Assembly: GCA_017503285.1 (NCBI GenBank)
Contig: JAFVTH010000022.1
Location: forward strand, 4,749-68,748
Direction of reading: 5' to 3'
DNA length: 64,000 nucleotides
Source: Clostridia bacterium
Lineage (GTDB): Bacteria > Bacillota > Clostridia > Oscillospirales > CAG-272
In this document: one piece after another, positions 25,843 to 35,665 of the stretch
How the letters are laid out: every line of letters starts with the position of its first letter
Position numbering within the stretch: the first letter of the stretch is position 1
Notes under the pieces: generated by a model
Database searches by the model: none
The model's input: only the letters and a program-made list of their open reading frames with translations
What the model was told of the DNA's origin: nothing
Translations under genes and position numbers: made by a program

Positions 25843-26622
25843 ATGAAATTTTTTGACACACATGCCCATTGTGATGACAGTCGCTTTGAAAACGAGTATG
25901 AGGGTGGTACACACCAGCTGATTAAGGACTGCTTTGCAAGCAATATTGAGCATATTATAAACATAGGCACTAATCTTGAAAACTCAAAAAAATCCGTTGA
26001 GCTGGCAAATATGTATGAGGGGCTTTATGCCTCCTGTGGCATACATCCATCAGATGTATTTTACGAGGATGCGGATAAGGCTGTTTCCGTTATTGAGGAG
26101 CTTTTGAAAAACGAAAAGGCTGTTGCCCTTGGAGAAATAGGACTTGATTATCACTACGAGGACATACCGAGGGATTTGCAAATGCTCTACTTCAGAAAGC
26201 AAATGGAGCTGGCAAAAAGGCTTGACATTCCTGTTATTATACATGACAGAGATGCCCACGGCGATTGCCTTAATGTAATAAAGGAGTTTCCAGAGGTTAA
26301 GGGTGTTTTTCACAGCTTCTCCGGTAGTGCCGAGATGGCACAGGAGCTTGTTAAGCTTGGCTGGTATATTTCCTTTTCCGGCACTGTAACCTTCAAAAAC
26401 GCAAGAGTACCAAAGGAAGCATGCCGTGTTGTGCCCATTGACAGGCTGCTTATAGAAACCGACGCGCCATATCTTGCACCAACACCGCACAGAGGTCAGT
26501 TGAACAACTCAATGTACGTGGAGCTGACGGCTGCTGAAATTGCAAATCAGCGTGGGGTAACGCTTGAGGAAATAAGAAATGCCACAAGCGAAAACGCAAA
26601 GCGCCTTTTTCATATAAAATAG
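25843..26622 (+). CDS. tatD: TatD-family metal-dependent DNase/hydrolase
   Basis: 259 aa; FDTHAH, GEIGLDY and ETDAPYL motifs; follows metG as yabD does in Bacillus. Confidence 0.9.
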   Translation: MKFFDTHAHCDDSRFENEYEGGTHQLIKDCFASNIEHIINIGTNLENSKKSVELANMYEGLYASCGIHPSDVFYEDADKAVSVIEELLKNEKAVALGEIGLDYHYEDIPRDLQMLYFRKQMELAKRLDIPVIIHDRDAHGDCLNVIKEFPEVKGVFHSFSGSAEMAQELVKLGWYISFSGTVTFKNARVPKEACRVVPIDRLLIETDAPYLAPTPHRGQLNNSMYVELTAAEIANQRGVTLEEIRNATSENAKRLFHIK

Positions 26623-26668
26623 AATAAACAGGGTTTTTCCTACATAAGTTTTTATCGAGGTGATAAAA

Positions 26669-27409
26669 ATGAACAAGGAAGGACCCTTTTTATATTCTCT
26701 TAGATTTTTTCTTTTAGCCGTTATTACAATTGGCTCAATTGCTATAATGGGGCTTGCTATAACAAGCCACTTGAATAGCAGAAAAACAGACACTTCCCTG
26801 CCTGTTTTCGGCGAAAACGACGAATACATGATTGTTATCGACCCGGGGCACGGCGGAGAGGATGCAGGGGCTATTGCCTCTGACGGAACACTTGAAAAGG
26901 ACTTGAATTTGGAAATTTCAAATCTTCTTTACGCCCTTTGTCAGTTAAACTGCACAGATGCAAAAATGACAAGAACAGAGGACACTCTGCTTTATGATTA
27001 CTATAACGACCTTTCGGACTACACAGGGCAAAAAAAGGTTTACGACCTAAAAAACAGATTAAAGATAACCGAGAGCGAGGAAAATCCCGTTTATGTAGGG
27101 ATACATATGAACAAGTTTTCCCAAAGCAAATATAGTGGGGCGCAAATATACTATTCATCAAATAACGACAAAAGCAAGGAGCTTGCCGGCGACCTTAGGT
27201 CACTTATCAAGACACATTTGCAGCGGGATAACAACAGAAATATAAAAAAGGCAGACTCCTCTATTTATATTCTTAATAATATAAATGCACCTGCCATTTT
27301 GGTTGAGTGTGGCTTTCTTTCAAATGAAAAGGAGCTAAGCCAGCTAAAGGACGAGAGCTATCGCTCCGGTCTGGCGCTTACTATTTTTGCATCAATTTGC
27401 GACCTTTGA
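26669..27409 (+). CDS. cwlD: N-acetylmuramoyl-L-alanine amidase, CwlD-like (spore cortex muramic-lactam formation)
   Basis: N-terminal membrane anchor. IDPGHGGEDAGA, IHMNKFSQSKYSGAQIYY and ECGFLSN are collinear with B. subtilis CwlD. Confidence 0.7.
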   Translation: MNKEGPFLYSLRFFLLAVITIGSIAIMGLAITSHLNSRKTDTSLPVFGENDEYMIVIDPGHGGEDAGAIASDGTLEKDLNLEISNLLYALCQLNCTDAKMTRTEDTLLYDYYNDLSDYTGQKKVYDLKNRLKITESEENPVYVGIHMNKFSQSKYSGAQIYYSSNNDKSKELAGDLRSLIKTHLQRDNNRNIKKADSSIYILNNINAPAILVECGFLSNEKELSQLKDESYRSGLALTIFASICDL

Positions 27410-27492
27410 GTCAAAATTGGGACAGGTAAAGGTTGACGAAAATATTATATTATGGTAAAATAATTATGATATTTAGTCGAAAGGACACTAAA

Positions 27493-28872
27493 ATGAAGGA
27501 AAAGAAGGTTTATGTTTGCACAGAGTGTGACCACCAAGCGCCAAAATGGACCGGTCAATGCCCTGCCTGCAAAAAATGGAATACATTAGTTGAGGAAACT
27601 TATCAGCCACAGCCACAGGCTACTGTAAAAAATCAGCGCACATCTATCCTTTCCGACCTTTCCGAGCCTGTGCTCTTTAAGGATATGGAAATGCCCGAAT
27701 ACATACGCACAAACACAGGCATTGGCGAGCTTGACAGGGTTTTAGGCGGTGGAATTGTTTCCGGTAGCGTTATTTTGCTTGCAGGCGAGCCCGGCATTGG
27801 CAAGTCTACTCTACTTATGCAAATTTGCTCGCAAATCGGCTCTCGTGTGCTTTATGTTTCCGGAGAGGAATCTAAGGGTCAGCTAAAGCTAAGAGGTCAG
27901 CGTCTTGAGATTGACGGAGAAAGCACATATTTTCTTACCGAAACAAATGTGGACTCTGTGCTTGAATACTCCGACAAGCTAAGCCCGGAGGTAATTATAA
28001 TTGACTCTATACAGACTATGTTTGACCCTGCCTGCACATCTATCCCCGGTAGTATAAATCAGGTTAAGGAATGTGCTGTAAAGCTTATTGCTAAGGCTAA
28101 GATGAAGGGCATCTCCATTGTCCTTGTAGGACACGTAAACAAGGAAGGCACAATAGCAGGCCCTAAAATTCTTGAGCATATGGTGGATGCTGTGCTTTAC
28201 TTTGAGGGCGAAAGAATACAGTCGTATAGAATTATACGCGCCATAAAGAACCGTTTTGGCTCTACAAACGAAATTGGCGTTTTTGAAATGACGGACAGAG
28301 GGCTTACCGAGGTGCCAAGCCCATCGGAGATGCTGCTTTCCGGAAGACCTATTGGGGTTAGCGGCAGCTGTGCCCTTTGCGTTATGGAGGGAACACGCCC
28401 TATTATTGCAGAGGTACAGGCTCTTGTTACGCCAACCACATTTCCTGCGCCACGCAGAACCTCAAACGGTGTTGACTATAATCGACTTTGTCTGCTTTTG
28501 GCGGTTTTGGAAAAAAGGCTTGGGCTTAAGTTTTCGCAATGCGACATATATGTAAATGTTGTTAGTGGCTTAAGGCTTGATGAGCCATCTATTGACCTTG
28601 CGGTTGCTCTTGCCCTTATTTCAAGCATAAAGGATATTCCTATTCCACAAAGCGTGCTTGCTATGGGCGAAATCGGTCTTGCCGGAGAGGTAAGAGCCAT
28701 CAACCATATTGAAAAAAGGCTAAACGAGTCATATAGACTTGGCTTTGACACTATTGCAATACCACACAAGTCTATGAACGAAAAGATAAAAATCCCCAAG
28801 GGAGTGTCTATAATTCCTATTGAGAGCGTTTACGATGCGCTATCACTTTTCAAAAAAAAGGACAATGAATAA
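27493..28872 (+). CDS. radA: DNA repair protein RadA/Sms
   Basis: 459 aa; CTECDHQAPKWTGQCPAC zinc finger, GEPGIGKST Walker A, KNRFG motif and a Lon-like C-terminus. Confidence 0.95.
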   Translation: MKEKKVYVCTECDHQAPKWTGQCPACKKWNTLVEETYQPQPQATVKNQRTSILSDLSEPVLFKDMEMPEYIRTNTGIGELDRVLGGGIVSGSVILLAGEPGIGKSTLLMQICSQIGSRVLYVSGEESKGQLKLRGQRLEIDGESTYFLTETNVDSVLEYSDKLSPEVIIIDSIQTMFDPACTSIPGSINQVKECAVKLIAKAKMKGISIVLVGHVNKEGTIAGPKILEHMVDAVLYFEGERIQSYRIIRAIKNRFGSTNEIGVFEMTDRGLTEVPSPSEMLLSGRPIGVSGSCALCVMEGTRPIIAEVQALVTPTTFPAPRRTSNGVDYNRLCLLLAVLEKRLGLKFSQCDIYVNVVSGLRLDEPSIDLAVALALISSIKDIPIPQSVLAMGEIGLAGEVRAINHIEKRLNESYRLGFDTIAIPHKSMNEKIKIPKGVSIIPIESVYDALSLFKKKDNE

Positions 28873-28965
28873 TACAAAAGGGTGAGCAGTTTTTCTGCCC
28901 ACCCTTTTGTATTATTTTTCCATAGGCTGCATATACTAAAAAGAGATTTACTCTTGGAGGTTTAT

Positions 28966-30780
28966 ATGTGCTCTATTTGTGGAGAAATTAATTTTTGGGT
29001 GCCAAATAACAGGCAAGAAATTGTTAAGAAAATGAGCCAGACAATGAAGCACCGTGGTCCTGATGAAAGTGACATTTTTAATGATGGCTACGCTACCCTT
29101 GCCCACAACAGGCTAAGCGTTGTGGACATTGAAAACGGCAAGCAGCCTATGAGCGTTATATACGGAAACAAAAAATATACTATCGTTTATAATGGCGAGA
29201 TTTACAACTGCGACGAGCTGCGCAGGGAGATAAGAAAGCAAGGGATATTTTTAAGAACAAATTGCGACACCGAGGTGGTGCTATACTCATATATCCTTTT
29301 TGGGCAGGACGCGCCAAAGCATCTTAATGGTATTTTTGCATTTTGTGTATATGATGGAGAGCGTGCGTTTTTTGCAAGGGATAGGTTTGGTGTAAAGCCC
29401 TTATACTATTCCTTTAAGGAAAACTCTTTGATTTTTGCATCGGAAATCAAGGCTATGCTTGCCCATCCTAAAATCAGCCATAATATTACAAAAGAGGCTC
29501 TTTGGGAAATTTTGTACTTAAGCCCGAATTTTGTAGGTGGCAGAAGTGCTTTTAAGGATATTTTAGAGCTTTTGCCGGGGGAGTGTATGATTTTTGACAA
29601 AAATCATACCACAAAAAGCAAATATTGGCAGATTGAAGCAAAGCCATTTTTTAAGGACAGAGACTATGCTATTGAGAAAACAAGGTACTTAGTTTGCGAT
29701 GCTGTAAAAAGGCAGCTTGGCGCTGATGTGCCTCTTTGCGTTTTGCTTTCCGGCGGACTTGACTCCAGCGTAGTAACTGCAATAGCAAATGAGGAATATA
29801 AAAAAGATAAAAGGGTGCTTTCTACCTATTCCTTCGAATACGAGGGGAACAAGGAAAGCTTTAGAAATAGCCTTTTCCAGCCCGAAAAGGACGATGATTT
29901 TGCTGTTTATTTGGCAGATTATTTGGGTACAGACCACACCGTGCTAACCTGTCCGACCTCTACCCTTGCACAAAATCTTATACCATCTACTGATTTTAGG
30001 GATTTGCCGGGGCAGGCAGATATTGACTCCTCTCTCTTGTATTTCTGCAAAGAAATTAAAAAGCGCCACACCGTTGGGCTAAGTGGAGAATGCTCTGATG
30101 AAATTTTTGGCGGATATCCTTGGTTTTACAGACCCGAAATGCTTTACTCCGACTTTTTCCCCTGGATACACTCCCCACGACTGCGACCATCGCTTTTCAA
30201 GGACGATATTTCAAACAGTAAAGAGGGCTTTGATTACGTCAAGGGTATTTACAGCGACACACTAAAGGGCTGTCCCACCCTATCCTACGACTCAGCAGAG
30301 ATGAAAACCTCAAGGCTTGCCTCCCATCTTAGTGTTAATTTCTTTATGACATCTCTTCTGCAAAGAAAGGACAGAATGAGCATGGCAAGCGGTGTTGAGA
30401 TAAGAGTTCCCTTTGCCGACCATAGAATTTATGAATTTTTGTTTAATGTTCCTTGGGAAATTAAGTTTGAGGGTAAGGTGGAAAAGGCACTTTTGCGAAA
30501 CAGCATGGTTGGGTATTTGCCCGAGAAGATTTTATTCAGAAAAAAGAGCCCCTATCCAAAGACACACAACCCAAAATATATGGACGCTGTTCTTAAAATG
30601 CTTGATGAGCGTCTTTTGAGCGGTGGATATCTTAAAAACACACTTGATAAGACTAAGCTTGATAGTGTTATTGCCTCGGGTGGAACGTGGTTTGGTCAGC
30701 TGATGGACACACCGCAGCTTGTAGCTTGGCTTATTCAGCTTGACTATTGGTTTGAGAAAAACAATATAAATATTGTTTAG
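28966..30780 (+). CDS. asnB: Asparagine synthase (glutamine-hydrolysing)
   Basis: 604 aa from ATG 28966 (GGAGG RBS). The N-terminus MCSICG supplies the Cys nucleophile of an Ntn amidotransferase. SGGLDSS PP-loop. Confidence 0.85.
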   Translation: MCSICGEINFWVPNNRQEIVKKMSQTMKHRGPDESDIFNDGYATLAHNRLSVVDIENGKQPMSVIYGNKKYTIVYNGEIYNCDELRREIRKQGIFLRTNCDTEVVLYSYILFGQDAPKHLNGIFAFCVYDGERAFFARDRFGVKPLYYSFKENSLIFASEIKAMLAHPKISHNITKEALWEILYLSPNFVGGRSAFKDILELLPGECMIFDKNHTTKSKYWQIEAKPFFKDRDYAIEKTRYLVCDAVKRQLGADVPLCVLLSGGLDSSVVTAIANEEYKKDKRVLSTYSFEYEGNKESFRNSLFQPEKDDDFAVYLADYLGTDHTVLTCPTSTLAQNLIPSTDFRDLPGQADIDSSLLYFCKEIKKRHTVGLSGECSDEIFGGYPWFYRPEMLYSDFFPWIHSPRLRPSLFKDDISNSKEGFDYVKGIYSDTLKGCPTLSYDSAEMKTSRLASHLSVNFFMTSLLQRKDRMSMASGVEIRVPFADHRIYEFLFNVPWEIKFEGKVEKALLRNSMVGYLPEKILFRKKSPYPKTHNPKYMDAVLKMLDERLLSGGYLKNTLDKTKLDSVIASGGTWFGQLMDTPQLVAWLIQLDYWFEKNNINIV

Positions 30781-30783
30781 TTA

Positions 30784-30812
30784 TTGACTTTCCTATTTTG
30801 CTGTGCTAAAAT
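30784..30812 (+). promoter_or_regulatory. SigmaA-type promoter preceding a ~190-nt untranslated leader
   Basis: TTGACT-17 nt-TAAAAT. The next start codon with coding potential is at 31005. Confidence 0.55.
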
Positions 30813-31004
30813 TACGGAAGTAACTTATTTAGTAGCAAAAAATTTCGAACCGAATTGGTTTGAAGCGGTAGAATAAATCGGTAGAGAGTTTTTTCCAGCT
30901 TTGCTATTGTAAGTTAAAAAATTTCAATACAAAAGTCGGACATAGGCTCAACGATTTTCGCTCCGAGACAGCCCAGCCCGAATCTTTTGCTAGGACGGCG
31001 CAAA

Positions 31005-32200
31005 ATGAACATTAAAGCTAACTACAAGGCAACGGTTTTTACCTGTTGCCTTGGATATATAACACAGGCAATTATGCTAAACTTTCCACCTTTGCTTTAT
31101 CTTTTCTTTCAAGAGAAAATGGGGCTTTCGCTGGGTCAGGTTTCCGTGCTTATTTCGGCAAACATTATAACCGAACTTGTGGTGGATGTTATAGTTTCAA
31201 AATTGCAAACAAAATCGGTCAAAGAAGGCTTTTGATTTTTGCAACAGCAATGGCAATTGTGGGTCTTTGCTCCATGGTAATATTGCCGGATTTGCTTTCT
31301 AACACCTTTATTGCTCTTCTTATTTCCATGGCTGTTTGCGGTATGGGCGGAGGCATTATGGAGGTGCTTATCAGCCCTATTGTCGAGGCTTGCCCAACTG
31401 ATAGCAAGGGCGGCTCTATGAGCTTTCTGCACTCCTTCTACTGCTGGGGTCAGGCAGGTGTTGTTATAATCTCCACCCTGTTCTTCCTTTTATTTGGAAT
31501 TGACAACTGGATTATAATCGCGCTCCTTTGGACAATTATCCCATTTGCTTGTATGATTCTATTTACAATGGTGCCTATTTACGAGCTGGGAGACGAGGAA
31601 AGGCAAGCAGGCTTTTTGGAGCTTTTCAAATCCGGTCTTTTCTGGATTTTGGTAGTTATGATGATTTGTGCAGGCGCTTCCGAGCTGGCAATGGCACAAT
31701 GGGCATCAGCCTTTGCCGAAACTGCAATAAATAATAGCTCCCTTAAGTGGCTGACAGATATTTTAGGTCCAGGTCTTTTCGCAATTTGCATGGCGGTTAC
31801 CCGTATGCTGCACGGCAAATTTGCCGACAAGCTTCCGCTTGAGCATTCGCTCATTGTGTCCTCTGTAATTTGCATAGTGTCTTATCTTATAACAATTTTA
31901 GCACCTGTTCCCGCTGTGGCATTAATTGGATGTAGCCTTTGCGGTGTTGGTGTTGCTATTATGTGGCCTGCAACCTTTAGTATGTCAGCCGCAAGAATGC
32001 CAAACGGTGGCGTTTTGCTCTTTGGTCTTCTTGCCCTTGCCGGTGACTTTGGTTGTCTTGCCGGTCCATTTATGGCTGGACAGATTTCCACATTTTTCGG
32101 AGATGATTTGCGTGCCGGCTTTGTCTTTGCCCTTATCTTCCCAATTACACTTGCTATTATGTCAGCAATTTTACTGATAAGAAAAAAGAAGAATAAATAA
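31005..32200 (+). pseudogene. MFS transporter interrupted by a 1-nt frameshift in an A-run
   Basis: Frame A (31005..31235) encodes TM1-2 and stops at 31233. Frame B continues as KIANKIGQRRLLIFATAM... through 10 more TM segments. The frames reconnect if the A4 run at 31199..31202 is read as A5 (VSKIANKIG). Confidence 0.7.
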
Positions 32201-32202
32201 AA

Positions 32203-32225
32203 ACGAGGCATTTGCCTCGTTTTTT
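32203..32225. terminator. Bidirectional terminator between the MFS gene and the GH78-like gene
   Basis: ACGAGGCA-tt-TGCCTCGT flanked by an A-run and a T-run. Confidence 0.8.
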
Positions 32226-34299
32226 ATTTTACTATTTTTATTTCCTTTGGAGCTTTTATAGACACACCCTCGCCCTTTTTCTGACAAATTTCGATTTTGC
32301 CGTAAGGTGTCGAAATTTCTGTTTTTGCAAGCTCCAAGCCAAAAAGCTGAGGTCTTAGCCTAACCCTTTTATAGCCGGGCTCTAAAATTTCAAGCCCGGA
32401 AAGAGCTTTTTTAAGGATATAAGCAGGGGTTGCGCCCCAAGCGTGTGAAAAGTCACAATCCATATTTTCCCAAGCCTCGGAAAGACCCTTATTGCACCTG
32501 TCAATCAGCACCTTGTAGCGACTAATCAGCTCAAGCCCGTGCCTTTCGAAAAGGTCTGCCTTATAAAGCGCTTCCAAAAGGAAGTGGTAAAAATATGGCT
32601 GAAGCTCATATTTGTTTAGGTCCTTAATCACATATTCAAGGATTTCTTGATGCTTTTCCTTAGGTGCAATATCGTAAAGCACGGCAAGAATGTTTGCTTG
32701 CTTTAGATAGTAAACCGTTTGGTTGTTTTTAGGTAGCCAAGCATTTTCCTCTACTCGGTTTTCTGTATTTAATCCACCGATATAAAGTCCCCTTTCCTTA
32801 TCAAAAAGATGGGTGTTTATGCTTTCCTTTATTTTGTGCGCTTTGTCCCCACATGCCTTGGCAGCATTTTCGTCCCCAAGCAGGGAAAGGATTTTACTAA
32901 GGTATAAAAGCGACTGATAGTAAAACATACAAAGCACGCTTTGACCAAGGGATTTTGGCGGGTGATGAAGACTAAAGCCCTCCATTTTCCCGTGGGACAT
33001 CATTTTGCCGCCGTCAAGAAAGGCTGGCTCATTGCTTGATGCCACAACCCAGTCAACAAACATATAGTCCGGTGCGTATTCCAAAAGCCCATTGTCCTTA
33101 GCAACATAGCCCTCAAAGCGCTTTATGAGCATCCTTAGGGATTTTTCGCATTTTTGGACAAGGGAAATATCCCCCGTGTGCATATAATAGTCGTATATCC
33201 ACATTGGATAAATAAGGCTATATGTGGTGTGAAAGAGCCTACCGTCCTGACACTCTAAAATCTTGCTTGTGCGATAGATGTCAAAGGCGGTTAGGGTTGG
33301 GTCATACATATTCAAATATTCAATTAATGCTTGGATATAGTAGTCTCCTGTGCATGCAAGATGCTCCTTGTGAGTTGGGGAGTCAAGATGAATATCCTGC
33401 CTGCAGATCTTTAAGGTGTGAATACACAAATCGTATATGTCGTTAAGAAGCTTATTTGAGGTTTTCAGTCCTGCCTCGTTGGACACGGGATAGTGAGTAT
33501 ATATAAGGTAAAAGTCGTCTATTATAACAGGGGCGTTTCCCTGGTTTGTAACCTCAACCCTCGCCTCACCTACGCTTGTTAAAATATATGAGGTGTGGAT
33601 AACATCCTTGTTAGTTACAATAGCTTCGTCCTTCCAGCCTGTGCTTCCTTGCTCGGTGGTAATAAGCTTTACGGTGGCTCTATCCTTTGCCTTTATTGAA
33701 ATAACACAATATGCAGAGTAAATTTTGTCAAATTCCAGACACAGGGTGCCTTTTTCCTGTGGATTAACCACAAATGGCTTAAAGCTAACCGGGCAGATTT
33801 TTTCCTCTACTAAATGCTTAATTTGGCTTGGCTCCATTTTAGGTGGATTTTGGATAAGCACCGGATTTTGAAAGGTGCCGTTTGCCTTGGTATAGTCAGT
33901 AAGGCGAGGCTCTACCCTTTCATTAAGCTCTCTTATTTCTAAGTCCTCTGCGCTAAAAATGCACTTGCTATTTTCAAAAGCCTCCAGGTATAAGCCGGGG
34001 TTGTTAAAGGTGGTTTGGCAAAGTGCAGTTGGCAGGGCTTGTATCTCTATGCAAAGCGATATTTTACCAATATCTTTAATTTCATAGGTATCAAAATATG
34101 TATTTTCAACTACGCCGTTAAGGAAATCCGACCCTGCACTAACAGGACCCTTTCCTATTTTTTTGCCGTTTACATAAAGAATATAGCGACAATCGGCGCA
34201 AATTCTGATTTCTGTGAGGCTATTTGAATGGTACTCTCCCCTTGCCTCGGCGGCAAAGGCGTTTATACCGTTATTTAGCCATACCCATTTTTTATTCAT
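32224..34299 (-). CDS. GH78-like alpha-L-rhamnosidase family glycoside hydrolase (six-hairpin)
   Basis: 691 aa. N-terminal CRYILYVNGKKIGKGP pattern and C-terminal FSHAWGATPAYIL..GLEILEPGYKRVRLRPQ pattern typical of bacterial rhamnosidases. The family call is by motif only. Confidence 0.55.
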   Translation of the reverse strand: MNKKWVWLNNGINAFAAEARGEYHSNSLTEIRICADCRYILYVNGKKIGKGPVSAGSDFLNGVVENTYFDTYEIKDIGKISLCIEIQALPTALCQTTFNNPGLYLEAFENSKCIFSAEDLEIRELNERVEPRLTDYTKANGTFQNPVLIQNPPKMEPSQIKHLVEEKICPVSFKPFVVNPQEKGTLCLEFDKIYSAYCVISIKAKDRATVKLITTEQGSTGWKDEAIVTNKDVIHTSYILTSVGEARVEVTNQGNAPVIIDDFYLIYTHYPVSNEAGLKTSNKLLNDIYDLCIHTLKICRQDIHLDSPTHKEHLACTGDYYIQALIEYLNMYDPTLTAFDIYRTSKILECQDGRLFHTTYSLIYPMWIYDYYMHTGDISLVQKCEKSLRMLIKRFEGYVAKDNGLLEYAPDYMFVDWVVASSNEPAFLDGGKMMSHGKMEGFSLHHPPKSLGQSVLCMFYYQSLLYLSKILSLLGDENAAKACGDKAHKIKESINTHLFDKERGLYIGGLNTENRVEENAWLPKNNQTVYYLKQANILAVLYDIAPKEKHQEILEYVIKDLNKYELQPYFYHFLLEALYKADLFERHGLELISRYKVLIDRCNKGLSEAWENMDCDFSHAWGATPAYILKKALSGLEILEPGYKRVRLRPQLFGLELAKTEISTPYGKIEICQKKGEGVSIKAPKEIKIVK

Positions 34300-35527
34300 T
34301 GTTTTCCTCTTTTTTTACCTCAACAGGTACAAGCTCATCAGTTTCCTCTGTCTCAACCGGGGCGGGGGCTGACTTTTTCTTAAGGCTGAAGCCACGATAG
34401 CCCTCCAGGTGTAGGTCGTTTTCCTTTATCCAGCCAAGCTTTTTGAAAAGCAAGCCAACCAGCACGGAAATTGCTGCCGGCAAAACGATGCAAAGGAGTA
34501 TAAGTCCTGTCCACATAAGAGCAGGGTTTTGATTTGGCTCAGCTATAACACCGATAGGTCCAACAAGACCGCAGGTGCCCATACCTGCGCTAACGCCTTG
34601 ACATTTAAGCTTAAACAGCATTGTGGAAAGTGGACCGCATATTGCACCTGCAAGCGTTGGCGGTATCCAAATAACAGGGTTTTTGCAAATATTGCCCATT
34701 TGGAGCATACTGGTGCCTATGCCCTGTGATACAAGGCCGCCCCAACCGTTTTCCTTAAAGGACATGGCAGCAAAGCCAACCATTTGGGCACAGCAGCCAA
34801 CAACGGCAGCGCCACCGGCAAGCAAGAAGCCCTCCTCTGTACCATTGGCAACTGCAACCTCAAGAGCTGAGGTTGAAAAGATCATAGCGCAAATTGCTGC
34901 GCTGGAGATTGGAAGCGTTAAAATCATACCAACAACCACGGCAACCACAACACCCATTATAAATGGCTGGAAGGTTGTAGCTGTTGAGATAAATATACCA
35001 AGATAGTACATTACATATGCTACAAGTGGGCAGAATACAAAGGATGCGCCAAAGCCCACAAGAATTGTTGTAACAGGGGTAACAAGGATATCAACCCTTG
35101 TTTTCTTGGAAACAAGCTTGCCTATTTCGCAAGCGATAATAACTGCAAAGAATGCGCCTGCCGGGCCTGCTGAATAGAAAACGCCCTCGGCGTCCCCCTT
35201 GGCACTAACTGCCCAAGCAGAGATTAAGCCGTTGTTTATTACAGCGCCTATGGCATTACCCATTGCACCAACAACCGCAGCTGAAAGCACAACCAAAAGA
35301 TCTGACTTTAAGGAAATTGCGATTGCAACACCTATTGCCATACCTGTTGCAGATGAAGCAAAGCCAGCAACGTCAACTAAAAACGAAAGAAATGGAACAT
35401 ACTGACCTATTGTTTTAAGAATTGTACCGATGAGCAAGGTGGCAAAAAGACCTTGAGCCATAGCGCCCATGGCAGTAACGAAATACTTATGTGAGTATTC
35501 CTTGAGAATTGTTTTTACCCTTGACAT
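34292..35527 (-). CDS. PTS EIIC-type membrane permease (PTS_EIIC_2-like), with no cognate EIIA/EIIB in the window
   Basis: 411 aa from ATG 35527 (GAGGAG RBS). Polytopic, glycine-rich, with GAMAQGLFATLLIGTILKTIG at the N-terminus. Overlaps the GH78-like start by 8 nt. Confidence 0.5.
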   Translation of the reverse strand: MSRVKTILKEYSHKYFVTAMGAMAQGLFATLLIGTILKTIGQYVPFLSFLVDVAGFASSATGMAIGVAIAISLKSDLLVVLSAAVVGAMGNAIGAVINNGLISAWAVSAKGDAEGVFYSAGPAGAFFAVIIACEIGKLVSKKTRVDILVTPVTTILVGFGASFVFCPLVAYVMYYLGIFISTATTFQPFIMGVVVAVVVGMILTLPISSAAICAMIFSTSALEVAVANGTEEGFLLAGGAAVVGCCAQMVGFAAMSFKENGWGGLVSQGIGTSMLQMGNICKNPVIWIPPTLAGAICGPLSTMLFKLKCQGVSAGMGTCGLVGPIGVIAEPNQNPALMWTGLILLCIVLPAAISVLVGLLFKKLGWIKENDLHLEGYRGFSLKKKSAPAPVETEETDELVPVEVKKEENNE

Positions 35528-35665
35528 AATTTCTCTCCTCTTAATTTTATTAAAAATTAAAGATATTTTAGCACCACTTAACACCATTGTCAATATTTCG
35601 TTGATTTTTTTCTTTTTTTGTGGTATATTTACTTTGTCGAATAATTTACAAAAAGGAGATTTTTC

